Below are positions 1 to 8,874 of a stretch of DNA of 64,000 bases, in pieces. Location: positions 101,546 through 165,545 of the forward strand of contig CAWKKB010000001.1 in NCBI GenBank assembly GCA_963850125.1, in the 5' to 3' direction. The notes beneath the pieces are model-generated. The model ran no database searches and was not told the DNA's origin. It saw only the letters and a program-made list of their open reading frames with translations. The stretch is from an uncultured delta proteobacterium. Lineage in GTDB: Bacteria; Desulfobacterota; Binatia; Binatales; Binataceae. Position numbers and translations under genes: made by a program. The stretch's first letter is position 1. Each line of letters opens with the position of its first letter.

Positions 1-398
1 GAGGCATAGCGGTCGGCGTCACGAGCGCCCTCTAGGTATCCAAAGGTCAGGGTCGCGCCGCTGGAAAACGTCCACTGCTTTCTGTTCTCATTCCAATGCG
101 TGTCCCGGCGTCCGCGAAGCCAGGCGTGAGCACGGTCCATCAGCGCGTTGGGCAGCGCCAAATCAGAGAAATTCCTGCGGATAATCAGGGCGCTGTAGCC
201 GGGGACGTCGACATATTGTAATGCCGCCATCAGTAGGGCGTCCGATTTACCACCGCCGCCGGCGCCTCCATAGAAAGCCTCGAGACAATCAAGGTAAAGA
301 AACGCCGCCTGACGGGTTGTCGGCGCATGATGGATAAAGCCATTCAAGCGCGGCTCCAAACTGATATGATCCGAATCCAAAGTGTTCACGGTTTCCAT
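1..398 (-). CDS. Phage terminase large subunit, N-terminal part (runs off window)
   Basis: Own translation, not in ORF track: METVNTLDSDHISLEPRLNGFIHHAPTTRQAAFLYLDCLEAFYGGAGGGGKSDALLMAALQYVDVPGYSALIIRRNFSDL...WTFSSGATLTFGYL. Terminase-type Walker A YGGAGGGGKS. Confidence 0.85.
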   Translation of the reverse strand, partial: METVNTLDSDHISLEPRLNGFIHHAPTTRQAAFLYLDCLEAFYGGAGGGGKSDALLMAALQYVDVPGYSALIIRRNFSDLALPNALMDRAHAWLRGRRDTHWNENRKQWTFSSGATLTFGYLEGARDADRYA

Positions 399-418
399 CT
401 AATACAGCCTCACGACAT

Positions 419-934
419 TCAGCTTTCGTTTGAATTGGTTTGCAGATCTCGACTATCCGCCTTCTTTACTGGCGGCGGCGCATCTGGAACGGCATCGCTT
501 GCTTGGGAGCTTTCGTCGAATAAACCCGCTTCTCGAAGGATCTTCGCAATTCCCAGGTCGCGCGTCCGCTTTTCTTCCGACGACAGCGGCGGCGGAAGTG
601 GCGTACGTTCCGCAGCGGCCGAGCGGGAAGCCTCATGCTCCTCGATTCTTGGAATCTGATGCGCCAACAGGAGCTGCGTCGCGCGATGGTCGCCGCCAGC
701 CGCCCGGTTGACTAACTGGGTAAGGATCGCTTCGAGCTTGGTTATCTTCTTGCGGTGTCCGTTCTCTGAGACAATCACGCGCTCTTTCAGCGCCTCATCC
801 AAGAGAGTTGACGCATTTCGTGATCCACGCGGGCGCCCTTTGGGATTTCCGGACTGACCCTTCTGAAATCGTGCACTACGCGGCGGCTTGCCGTAACCGA
901 CCTCGTATATGCCTTCCTTATTGTCGTTCTCCAT
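419..934 (-). CDS. DUF5681 family protein (terminase small subunit-like position)
   Basis: YEVGYGKPPRSARFQKGQSGNPKGRPRG signature; lies between the methyltransferase and the terminase. Confidence 0.8.
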   Translation of the reverse strand: MENDNKEGIYEVGYGKPPRSARFQKGQSGNPKGRPRGSRNASTLLDEALKERVIVSENGHRKKITKLEAILTQLVNRAAGGDHRATQLLLAHQIPRIEEHEASRSAAAERTPLPPPLSSEEKRTRDLGIAKILREAGLFDESSQASDAVPDAPPPVKKADSRDLQTNSNES

Positions 935-2285
935 TTGCCTCCGCCTCCACATCTCTGAACGTTTTACCTGTTAGCCCGTGATGTGCGTTGCCCCGCGTGA
1001 ACGCCTGCCATCGGCGCACAATGGTGTCAACATAAAGTGGATCAATTTCGAACCCATAGCAGCGCCGCCCCGTGCGCTCTGCGGCAATCACAGTCGTGCC
1101 GCTGCCGAGAAATCCGTCGAGCACGATGTCGTTTCGCGATGTGCAGTCCATGATCGCGTCGGCGACTAGCGCGACAGGCTTGACGGTCGGATGCAGCGCG
1201 AGAAGATTGCCTTCCTCACCGGTTCTGCCGAAGGAGTTGATGCCCTGATAGTTCCAAACGTTTGTGCGATTGCGTCCATATTGACCGAGCATGACATTGT
1301 TTCGGTGAGGTCCGCGGCCGCTACGGAAGACTGCGATCAACTCATGCTGCGAGCGGTAAAAGCTTCCCATCCCCGCGTTGCTTTTCACCCACACACAAAG
1401 ATTCTTGAGCTCCGCGTACGCTGTGTGTCCCGCGGCCAGCAGCTCGGCGAGATGGCGCCAATCCATGCAGATAAAATGGATCGAACCGGACGCGCTGTGG
1501 TCCCGCATCAGAGAGAATGCGCGGGTCAAAAAGGCTGTGAACTCCGCCCCGCTCATGTCGCCCGAAGCCATCGCGAATTCGCGATGCCGGTGACGCCCCA
1601 ATCCGCTGACATTCCCCTCGATCGGTACATTGTACGGCGGGTCGCTGAAGACCACCGCGGCTTTGCGGTCATTCATCAGCTTCGCATAGGAAGCCGAGTC
1701 GAGAGCGCTCGCGCAATGCACCCGGTGTTCGCCCAGCGCCCATATATCGCCGACGCGAGTTACTGCCGGTCCCGTTGGGACAACCGACAGATCATCAGCG
1801 GAATCCCGATCGTCCACGGAGGGCGAGTTCAAACTCTCGATGCGAATATCAATCTCGCCCATGTCGAAACCTGTCACCTCGAGACTGAAGTCAAGGTCAA
1901 GAACAGAAAGTGTCCGAAATTGTTCCGCCAGCAGCCGATCATCCCAGACCGAAATTTCCGTCAATCGGTTGTCCGCGATCATGAAAGCGCGGGCCTGAGC
2001 TGCAGTCAGATGCTCGAGACAGATTGTTGGCACCTCTTTCAACCCGAGTAGCTTGGCCGCCTCGATGCGGCCATGCCCTGCAACCACATTGCCACAGCTA
2101 TCGATCAACACTGGAACGTTGAAACCGAAGGTTTCGATACTGCGTGCAAGCTGGCGGACCTGCCTAGCGCCGTGGACCCGTGGGTTTCCTGGGTCCGACT
2201 TGAGTTCTCCGATTGAACGATAGATTACTTCGATCCTCTCCGACTGATCCCCCTTTCCACCGCCGTTCGTCTCCCGTATCCGCAT
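918..2285 (-). CDS. ParB N-terminal domain fused to N4/N6 DNA methyltransferase (beta class)
   Basis: ParB-like NPRVH...FGFNVPVLID...AGHGRIEAA; DPPY motif before LDGFLGSGTT; HPTVKP; RBS GGAGGAG upstream of ATG 2285. Confidence 0.9.
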   Translation of the reverse strand: MRIRETNGGGKGDQSERIEVIYRSIGELKSDPGNPRVHGARQVRQLARSIETFGFNVPVLIDSCGNVVAGHGRIEAAKLLGLKEVPTICLEHLTAAQARAFMIADNRLTEISVWDDRLLAEQFRTLSVLDLDFSLEVTGFDMGEIDIRIESLNSPSVDDRDSADDLSVVPTGPAVTRVGDIWALGEHRVHCASALDSASYAKLMNDRKAAVVFSDPPYNVPIEGNVSGLGRHRHREFAMASGDMSGAEFTAFLTRAFSLMRDHSASGSIHFICMDWRHLAELLAAGHTAYAELKNLCVWVKSNAGMGSFYRSQHELIAVFRSGRGPHRNNVMLGQYGRNRTNVWNYQGINSFGRTGEEGNLLALHPTVKPVALVADAIMDCTSRNDIVLDGFLGSGTTVIAAERTGRRCYGFEIDPLYVDTIVRRWQAFTRGNAHHGLTGKTFRDVEAEANGERQ

Positions 2286-2370
2286 TACCCTCTCCTCCTG
2301 CCCTTCCGGCCTGTTAGCCGGCCGATTTCTCAAAATCAGTGGTCTCTACTTTCAGTTGTCTCCGATTCGT

Positions 2371-2604
2371 TCATGACCTTCTCTTTCGGCCGTGCCCGGC
2401 GATCACCTTTCCATCCAAATCGATCAGAACCGGAACATTGAATCCGAACGTTTCAATGCTGCGCGCTAGCAGACGCAGCTGTCTGGGACTGTGGACCCGT
2501 GGATTTTTTGGGTTCAGTTTGAGCTCGACTATTAAGCAATAGACGATTCGGATCCTGCCTGCCCGATTCACCTTTCCCGAACCACTAACTTCCAACAACC
2601 TCAT
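2371..2604 (-). pseudogene. Truncated duplicate of the ParB N-terminus of the methyltransferase
   Basis: NPRVHSPRQLRLLARSIETFGFNVPVLIDLDGKVIAGHGR then stop; the upstream RBS region also duplicates 2286-2330. Confidence 0.75.
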
Positions 2605-2661
2605 ACCATCTCCTCCTGCCCTTCCTGGCCCGTTGACCGGTCGCTTTGTTTCATTATATTC

Positions 2662-3417
2662 ATGCACGACATTTCGTGGATTGGAGTTAACGGTGTGTCG
2701 TATAATCATTCGGAAACATCTGACTTTTCAGAACGCCTGAAGGAGATCACGAGCGAATACGGGTCGCGTTATAAACTGGCGAGGGCCAGCGGGATTCCCG
2801 CAAGCACCCTGCAAAGCTATGAGGCCGGTTCCAAACCGGGAATGGACGCACTGACCACTCTCGCGCAGGTCGCAAACGTGGACATCGCCTGGCTGCTGTA
2901 CGGCCGCGGTGAAATGCGTCCGAAGGGCTCGCTTCCCGGGACCGCTTTGGGAGACGTGTTTATTGTAGATCGACTCGAATTGGGAACGGCGTTCGCGTCG
3001 TCAAGAATCGTTGGTCACATTCCCTTCAGCCGCACTTTTCTTGCAGCCAAGCTGCGCATCGGGAAGCTGACGCATGAACGGCTGCTCGCAATAGAGGCGG
3101 GTTCGAATCTGTTCGAAGTTAAACGTGGCGATTTCGTGCTGATTGACCGAGACGAATCGACTCTGGCTCGAGACGGCATCTACCTTTTTGATCTTCCGGG
3201 CACCGAGTTGCGAGGAGTTTTCCGCCGGCCCAATGGAACAGTTCGGATCGTTGGATCAGACCGCGGGCATCGCGCATCGCGCTCAGAGGGTCGTCTCGAT
3301 TTTAAAAAGCCGCGCTCAGGGGAAATCGTGATGCCGCTGAACGAGTTCCTCCTGCTTGGTCGCAGCCACGGGTCAGAAGTAATTGGAAGAGCCATGTGGA
3401 TCGGTCGCGGTCTGTAA
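2662..3417 (+). CDS. CI-like/XRE helix-turn-helix repressor with degenerate S24-like C-terminal domain
   Basis: FSERLKE...LARASGIPASTLQSYEAGSKPG...VDIAWLLYGRG HTH; GDFVLID...DGIYLF...VIGRAMWIG C-terminus. Confidence 0.75.
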   Translation: MHDISWIGVNGVSYNHSETSDFSERLKEITSEYGSRYKLARASGIPASTLQSYEAGSKPGMDALTTLAQVANVDIAWLLYGRGEMRPKGSLPGTALGDVFIVDRLELGTAFASSRIVGHIPFSRTFLAAKLRIGKLTHERLLAIEAGSNLFEVKRGDFVLIDRDESTLARDGIYLFDLPGTELRGVFRRPNGTVRIVGSDRGHRASRSEGRLDFKKPRSGEIVMPLNEFLLLGRSHGSEVIGRAMWIGRGL

Positions 3418-3782
3418 TCGCCCGACCCGCTAGTGCTTGAAGAGCGCGCTGGGCCTGCTGTCACTTCTCAAAACTTGGTCCGCATGGATTCATAAGTGAT
3501 TGCGAACGCCTGGCGATAAGCTGCATGCATGAGAACGCCGAGCGACGAAGCGGTCTCGGTCACCCTACCATGCGCGGGCATCACCGTTGCGGTGACGTCG
3601 AACGCGCGAGTATTCGCAGGAACAAGTTTTGAGAAGACACACCGGGGCCTAAGGCAGCATCATGCCTGTCGCTCCTCAAAACCTCAGCCGGGGATATGCC
3701 TCGGCCGGATGTGACGGTCCGCTCAAAGTATTCAACTGAAGCGAAGAAAACGTGAACGTGCGCTGCTTCGTCGGCTGACGCC

Positions 3783-4100
3783 TCAACCCGTCCGGGCCAC
3801 TCTGTTGAGTCTCCGTTCGTGCGGACCAAGTTTTGAGGAGCCACAGCCTGCAAGATCGTGCGCCTGTATCAGGGCTGTACCGCGAAAGAACGCAAAGGGA
3901 GACTGAAGCATCCGCCCATGCCGAATGGGGATCAGATTCTCCAGCCGATCTTCGTTAGAAGCCTCGATGAGCGCGACGATGTCGCGCTTTTCACCTTGAC
4001 CAAGAATGAACTTGCCATGTGATGCTCGAGAGCACTTTCCACGCAAGTACTTGCCCGCCTGCCCACCTTCTTCCGGTGTGCGAATCGTTAGCTTCGCCAA
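3783..4100 (-). pseudogene. DUF2252 family protein, N-terminal fragment
   Basis: RLENLIPIRHGRMLQSPFAFFRGTA motif; similarity ends after about 85 aa of a normally much longer protein. Confidence 0.7.
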
Positions 4101-4101
4101 G

Positions 4102-4557
4102 TCAGCGCTGCTCGTTCTGAAGCGAGACCGGCACCGTGTCCGTCGCGACCTGGATCTCGCCGCGATTCCCTTCGGGGAAATAGCCGAAGTAGCGCAGCGT
4201 CGCCTTCGTGATGTCCTCGCATTCGGTCGCCGGAATCACGTAACCGACGAGAATCGGACTGTTGGGTGCGGTATGCGTCCGCGTCAAGGTCTTGTAGTCG
4301 CCGATCACCACGTTGGCGTCGTTATGGAAGTTCACGTAGACGCTGGCGGTGTCCCAAGCAGTATCGGACTCGTTGAGAATCGAGATTCTCACCTGGCATC
4401 CGGTCGGAACCGTGTCGACCTTCTCGATTTCAATAGACGCGGGCGGCCGCCCGGACGATAGGCTACATGCGGAAAGCGCGCTGAGCATCAAAACCTGGCC
4501 GACGCGCAGCGCGAATTCGCCTCTTACACCTTTTACCCGGAGCTTCATCAGCACCAC
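4102..4557 (-). CDS. Hypothetical lipoprotein
   Basis: Hydrophobic stretch with lipobox LSAC followed by a beta-rich domain. Confidence 0.5.
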   Translation of the reverse strand: MVLMKLRVKGVRGEFALRVGQVLMLSALSACSLSSGRPPASIEIEKVDTVPTGCQVRISILNESDTAWDTASVYVNFHNDANVVIGDYKTLTRTHTAPNSPILVGYVIPATECEDITKATLRYFGYFPEGNRGEIQVATDTVPVSLQNEQR

Positions 4558-4789
4558 AGCATAACAGTCCCCGCATCCGCGAAGATACGAGGGGTACTTA
4601 TGAGGGCGGGTCAGTTAAATGGACGCCATTCGTATCTTCAGCCGAATGCTCCGAGGGTCCCGCCCGATGCACAGACTCCTGATTACTTGACTAACCGAGT
4701 CGATAATTTGGCAGGCGACGGGACGCTCGATGTCTTAAAGCGTATGCTTCGTATTACACGAAGTCAGGGCGCAACTATCATTATACAAG

Positions 4790-4897
4790 GACTGCCGGAC
4801 TTTCGTCGTGCGCGGCCGGCCGCCACCATCTCGGGGCTATCAATTTTGGGCGGGCTTCATCATCAGTACGTTCGGGCTTAGGGTTTTGGCAGGAACA
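4790..4897 (+). mobile_element. 3' remnant and right end of an integrase-core IS (same family as 13365-14454)
   Basis: PDFRR...ILGGLHHQYVRA* matches PDFRR...ILGGLHHQYVRL* at 14439; followed by GGTTTTGGCAGGAACA terminal repeat. Confidence 0.7.
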
Positions 4898-4902
4898 AGC
4901 GG

Positions 4903-6126
4903 TTGAGGGAAGACATCGAGAGCATTTGCTGTCGAGATCGAACTATGAATTTTGGAGCCAATCCCAAACTCGGATTTCGGTGGTGTGGAGTCGCGATGGC
5001 TCTGGCAAACGCGGGTGCCATATCGCTCGTGGCGTTGCTTTCCTTCGGAGGCTACGGCGCGGCCATGATTCTCGGGAGGGTTGGTCCGTTACGCAACGCG
5101 TATCAATTTCTCTCCCGGGCTTACGACCGGTTACTCGATCAGCTCGGCCAGGAAGTTCTGCAGGACTCTAGGGACACGCCTGCGTTACGCCTCATGGTTT
5201 CCCTTAGCCTTAGCGCCATACCAATTTTCCTGATCCAACTCGTTTTAGGAAACCCTCGACTGCTGCTCGCAGTCGCTTTCTATATTTCCCTTTATGGTCT
5301 CAAGTTCCAGCGGTCTGTGAGGATGTTCAGCACCAAACACCAGGAAGCGCACGGGCGCCAGGGCTACTTCTCGGAGAAGTACGATAGGGTCTTCGGCCGC
5401 TACGTCGAATTCTTTCTAGGATATTTGTATGGAAACGTTCCGGAACTGGATCGGACGGTTCATGTCCGTCTCCACCATAGAGAGAATGGCGGATTCGATG
5501 ACACGGCAGAGTCCAGGGGCTACGATCGAAAGAGTCGACTATATTTCCTGCGGTATCTCTCGAACAACATTTGGACAGTTTTGGGGATTGCCCCATACGC
5601 CTACTTTAAGGCTAGAGGCGATGAAGAGAACCGAAGACGCCTGTTATGGGGTATGGTGCGGTACTATGCCTACTTCGGAGCCGTCGCTATCTAAGACTGG
5701 AGAATCGGGATCATGTTCGTGTTGATTCCTCTTCTCTGCATGAACTTCATAACGGCAATAACCGCATGGGTCCAGCACGCTTTTTACGACTCGGAACGGC
5801 CCGAGGACTACTTTACGTATACCGTAACCGTTCTTGATGAGATCAACTTCATGAACGAAGGATACCACCTCTGTCATCACCACCGAGCCGGCCTGCACTG
5901 GACCGAGATGCCGGTCCATCTCGAGCGGATTCGTGACAGGATGAGAGAGTCCGGCTCCTTAGTGTTCCGCGACTTAGATTTTGTGGGACTTTTCCTCGAG
6001 TTGACCCTCCTTCGAAGAATGGATGTGCTTGCCGAGAAACTTGTCGCGTGGGAACCCATGAATCACGAGCAGAGATTGGCGTTGCTGGCCAGGAGAACTG
6101 GGGTCGGGACTTATTCATTGAGATAG
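4903..6126 (+). pseudogene. Membrane fatty acid desaturase family gene interrupted by an in-frame TAA (5692-5694)
   Basis: His boxes HQEAH, HVRLHH, HLCHHH; ORFs 4903-5694 and 5713-6126 are in the same frame. Confidence 0.8.
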
Positions 6127-6342
6127 AGGCGACGGCGGCGGTTGTCGCTTCTACCGCCTCACCCGTCAGGCTATGCAAGGTCGCTCAGATTTGCGAAGGA
6201 ATTCGAGCCGGACCATCTTTTTGAGAAGCGACCGAATGAAATTAATTAAATCCAGATTCCTGATATCGCTTTTACTGTGAAGCGCAAACCGCAAGTCCTC
6301 TTGCTCGCCGGTCCGGGAGGAGCAGGGAAAACGAGCACCGCA

Positions 6343-6399
6343 GCCTGTGTGTGGCGAATTACCGATTTCCCCGGAATTAGCAATACGCCACACGCAGGC
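6343..6399. repeat. 57-bp imperfect palindrome
   Basis: GCCTGTGTGTGGCG-AATTACCGATTTC...GGAATTAGCAATA-CGCCACACGCAGGC, paired by hand around centre 6371. Confidence 0.8.
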
Positions 6400-6598
6400 C
6401 TCTCCTTGCACTAAACGGGAACAATACGGAACAGAATCGGCTAAACCCTTGCCGAGGAAAGCCGTTCGATCTATGCAGAGAGTTGAAGTTCGAAAGTCAA
6501 AAAGGAAATTCCCGCTTGGTGACAGTGGTGCCCGGCGCGCCAGCATCGATTCGCTGAACGTGCGAAAACATCAACCTAAACTTGGAGGAGAGTGAAGG

Positions 6599-7096
6599 AT
6601 GAGACGATTTGGATTAGCGATCGGAGCGGTCGTGGCGATAGCAACCATCGTGTTGAACTTCGGCGTCAAAGCCAACGCTGCTGGTAGTGCAAAGGACGAG
6701 ATTACCGCGGTCGAAAACAAGACCATCGCTGCGACCACCACCGATGAGGCGATGAAGCCGTTCGATGAAAACATCGTCCTGTACGATGTTTTCCCGGGAT
6801 TGGAGTACAAAGGGACCGCCGCAGTCCGAGCTCATACAGACGAGTTCTTCAGCAATGCCACCGACGTCAAGGGCGAATTCGTCGAGCTGGAGGTGGTAAC
6901 GGACGGAAAGATGGGGATGGCGCGCAGCATTCAGCACTTCACATGGAAGGATAAAGCCGGCAAAGCTCAGGAAGCTACGCTCCGCGTGACCGACGTTTAC
7001 CACAAAGTCAATGGCGAATGGAAAATCTTCCATTCCCACGTCTCGGCACCAGTTGATCCGAAGACCGGCCAGGGCCAGATGAATCTAAAGTCGTAG
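6599..7096 (+). CDS. Secreted SnoaL/NTF2-like (YybH family) protein
   Basis: Signal peptide; RVTDVYHKVNGEWKIFHSHVSAPVD motif; RBS GGAG. Confidence 0.85.
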   Translation: MRRFGLAIGAVVAIATIVLNFGVKANAAGSAKDEITAVENKTIAATTTDEAMKPFDENIVLYDVFPGLEYKGTAAVRAHTDEFFSNATDVKGEFVELEVVTDGKMGMARSIQHFTWKDKAGKAQEATLRVTDVYHKVNGEWKIFHSHVSAPVDPKTGQGQMNLKS

Positions 7097-7360
7097 GGCC
7101 AATCGCCCGGAGCGGTAAGTCACTCGACAAGAACTGAAACGAACTCTGACCGTTCTGACCTGGCCTGGGTTAATATTATCCGCTCGGGCCAGAAGCCCGA
7201 TTCAGAGTCGTTGTGGGGGCCCTTTTTCACATCCTGCTAGGTGTCAATGCTGCTCGAGAGCCGGGCCGCTCCGTATCGCGTAGTAACTGAAATCAAGCCG
7301 TCGAGGCACTCCGCGCTCGGTAGATCCGAGCGCGGAGCGTCTTTAACGCGGAGCCCATTT

Positions 7361-8689
7361 TTAGTGGTGCGGCCCCTCCATCAGCTGGATCACGCCAAAG
7401 AGTCCCGCAGAGTACTGATAAGTGTCACTCGGCGGGTTGCCGGGTGTCGTGGATGGTCCTGCATCAAAGAAGAGAGAATTACTGGAACCGTTGGCACGAG
7501 AGTCATAACCGAACGCCAAGCCCCATAGTCCTGGAACGGCAAATGGGGTTCCGTTCTTAAGAGTTAGTGTGCCAAGCAGCTTGCCACTGCGAGGATCGAA
7601 GGCGTGGATCAATCCGTTATCCACGTTGCCTATCAGCAGAGTGTTGCTGAGAGGGCCGAAGTCCCAGGGCGCGAGAACCATACCCCATGGCGACTCGAGC
7701 GACGGCGAGGGCTCCGGAGTGCATGTCGGACTTGAGGGGCCCTCACATGTCGTGTCGATGATTCTCTGGCAGAAAAGAGTGGTGGTGCTGGTGCGCAAGT
7801 CGCACACATCTACGAGGCCGTTGCCGGAGGGATAAAATATCGCGTAATAGGTGACGTAAAGTTTGTCTCCGATCGCCTGAATGCCATAGGGAACAAAAGG
7901 TTGTTCAACAGTCGGCAGGCTCGAAATGTCGGCATCGGCGGCGAAAGAACCCACGTAGTTGAATCTCTTATCGAACACATCAACTTCGCTGAACAGGTTT
8001 GTGGCGTAGAGGTGCGGGTCATTGGGAGGACCGGCGATTGCAAGCCCTTGATAACTGGTACAGCTCCCAGGCCCAAAGGGAGGGCTGGTACAACTTAGGA
8101 ATTGATTTGCTTCAACGACCGCGTTATCTCCGTTGGCCGGGTTCCATGCGACAATCAGCCCATCCAGCGTAGTGTAGATAAACTGCGCCGGCTGTCCGTT
8201 CGCTTCTCGGAAGGCTCCGGGATACGGATTCGCGACAATTCCTGATGGCCCGCTACCGAATGGAGCCGTGAAAGGTATCGCGGCAGGATTGTTGGGCTCA
8301 AAGATGGCGCCCGGCGGAATAATGCAAGGCACGGTGGTTGCGCCGGTGGTCGTGTCAGTGACGCAGGGAATATCGACCAGCAAGTGCTCGATAGTGCCGT
8401 TGGCATTGTAAAGCGGGCTGCTGACGGTGTTTTGCGCGGCGATCCACCAGGGGCCGTCAGGGAGCGCCGCCAAACCCCAGCCATTGATAAGGTTCGGATC
8501 GACGTTGACAGGGTCGAACTGCGTGGTGTTGCCGACCAGGTTAATCTGCCTGTATTGCGCCCAGGCGCGAGGCGCAAGGCAAACGACGCTCAACACGACG
8601 GCAACCGCCATCGAGAGCATGGCTTTCGACAACTTATGCCATTGGGATCGTGCGGTAGGACCATCAAATAGCTGTTTATCGAGTTTCAT
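7361..8689 (-). CDS. TIGR03118 family secreted protein
   Basis: Signal peptide ending AWA-Q; YRQINLV, DPNLINGWGLA, PWGMVLAP.DFGPLS, PGLWGLAFG, LFFDAGP motifs; RBS AGGAGG. Confidence 0.85.
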   Translation of the reverse strand: MKLDKQLFDGPTARSQWHKLSKAMLSMAVAVVLSVVCLAPRAWAQYRQINLVGNTTQFDPVNVDPNLINGWGLAALPDGPWWIAAQNTVSSPLYNANGTIEHLLVDIPCVTDTTTGATTVPCIIPPGAIFEPNNPAAIPFTAPFGSGPSGIVANPYPGAFREANGQPAQFIYTTLDGLIVAWNPANGDNAVVEANQFLSCTSPPFGPGSCTSYQGLAIAGPPNDPHLYATNLFSEVDVFDKRFNYVGSFAADADISSLPTVEQPFVPYGIQAIGDKLYVTYYAIFYPSGNGLVDVCDLRTSTTTLFCQRIIDTTCEGPSSPTCTPEPSPSLESPWGMVLAPWDFGPLSNTLLIGNVDNGLIHAFDPRSGKLLGTLTLKNGTPFAVPGLWGLAFGYDSRANGSSNSLFFDAGPSTTPGNPPSDTYQYSAGLFGVIQLMEGPHH

Positions 8690-8753
8690 AGATTTTTTTC
8701 CTCCTACCTCGGCTGTATGCGCGCACCTTAGGAGCGATCGAATCACCCGACAA

Positions 8754-8802
8754 TGGAGAAAAAATGAAGTCTTTCTGTAGGATTTGTGTAGTAGAATTTG
8801 AG
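8754..8802. promoter_or_regulatory. Five T(G/T)NAG boxes phased at exactly 11 bp in a divergent intergenic region
   Basis: TGGAG 8754, TGAAG 8765, TGTAG 8776, TGTAG 8787, TTGAG 8798. Confidence 0.55.
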
Positions 8803-8874
8803 CCGGCTTAGGTGCTAGTTCGATAAGCTGCTACGCCTTGCAAGAATCCGGACTGCTGCCTTGGGGAGCTCGCG

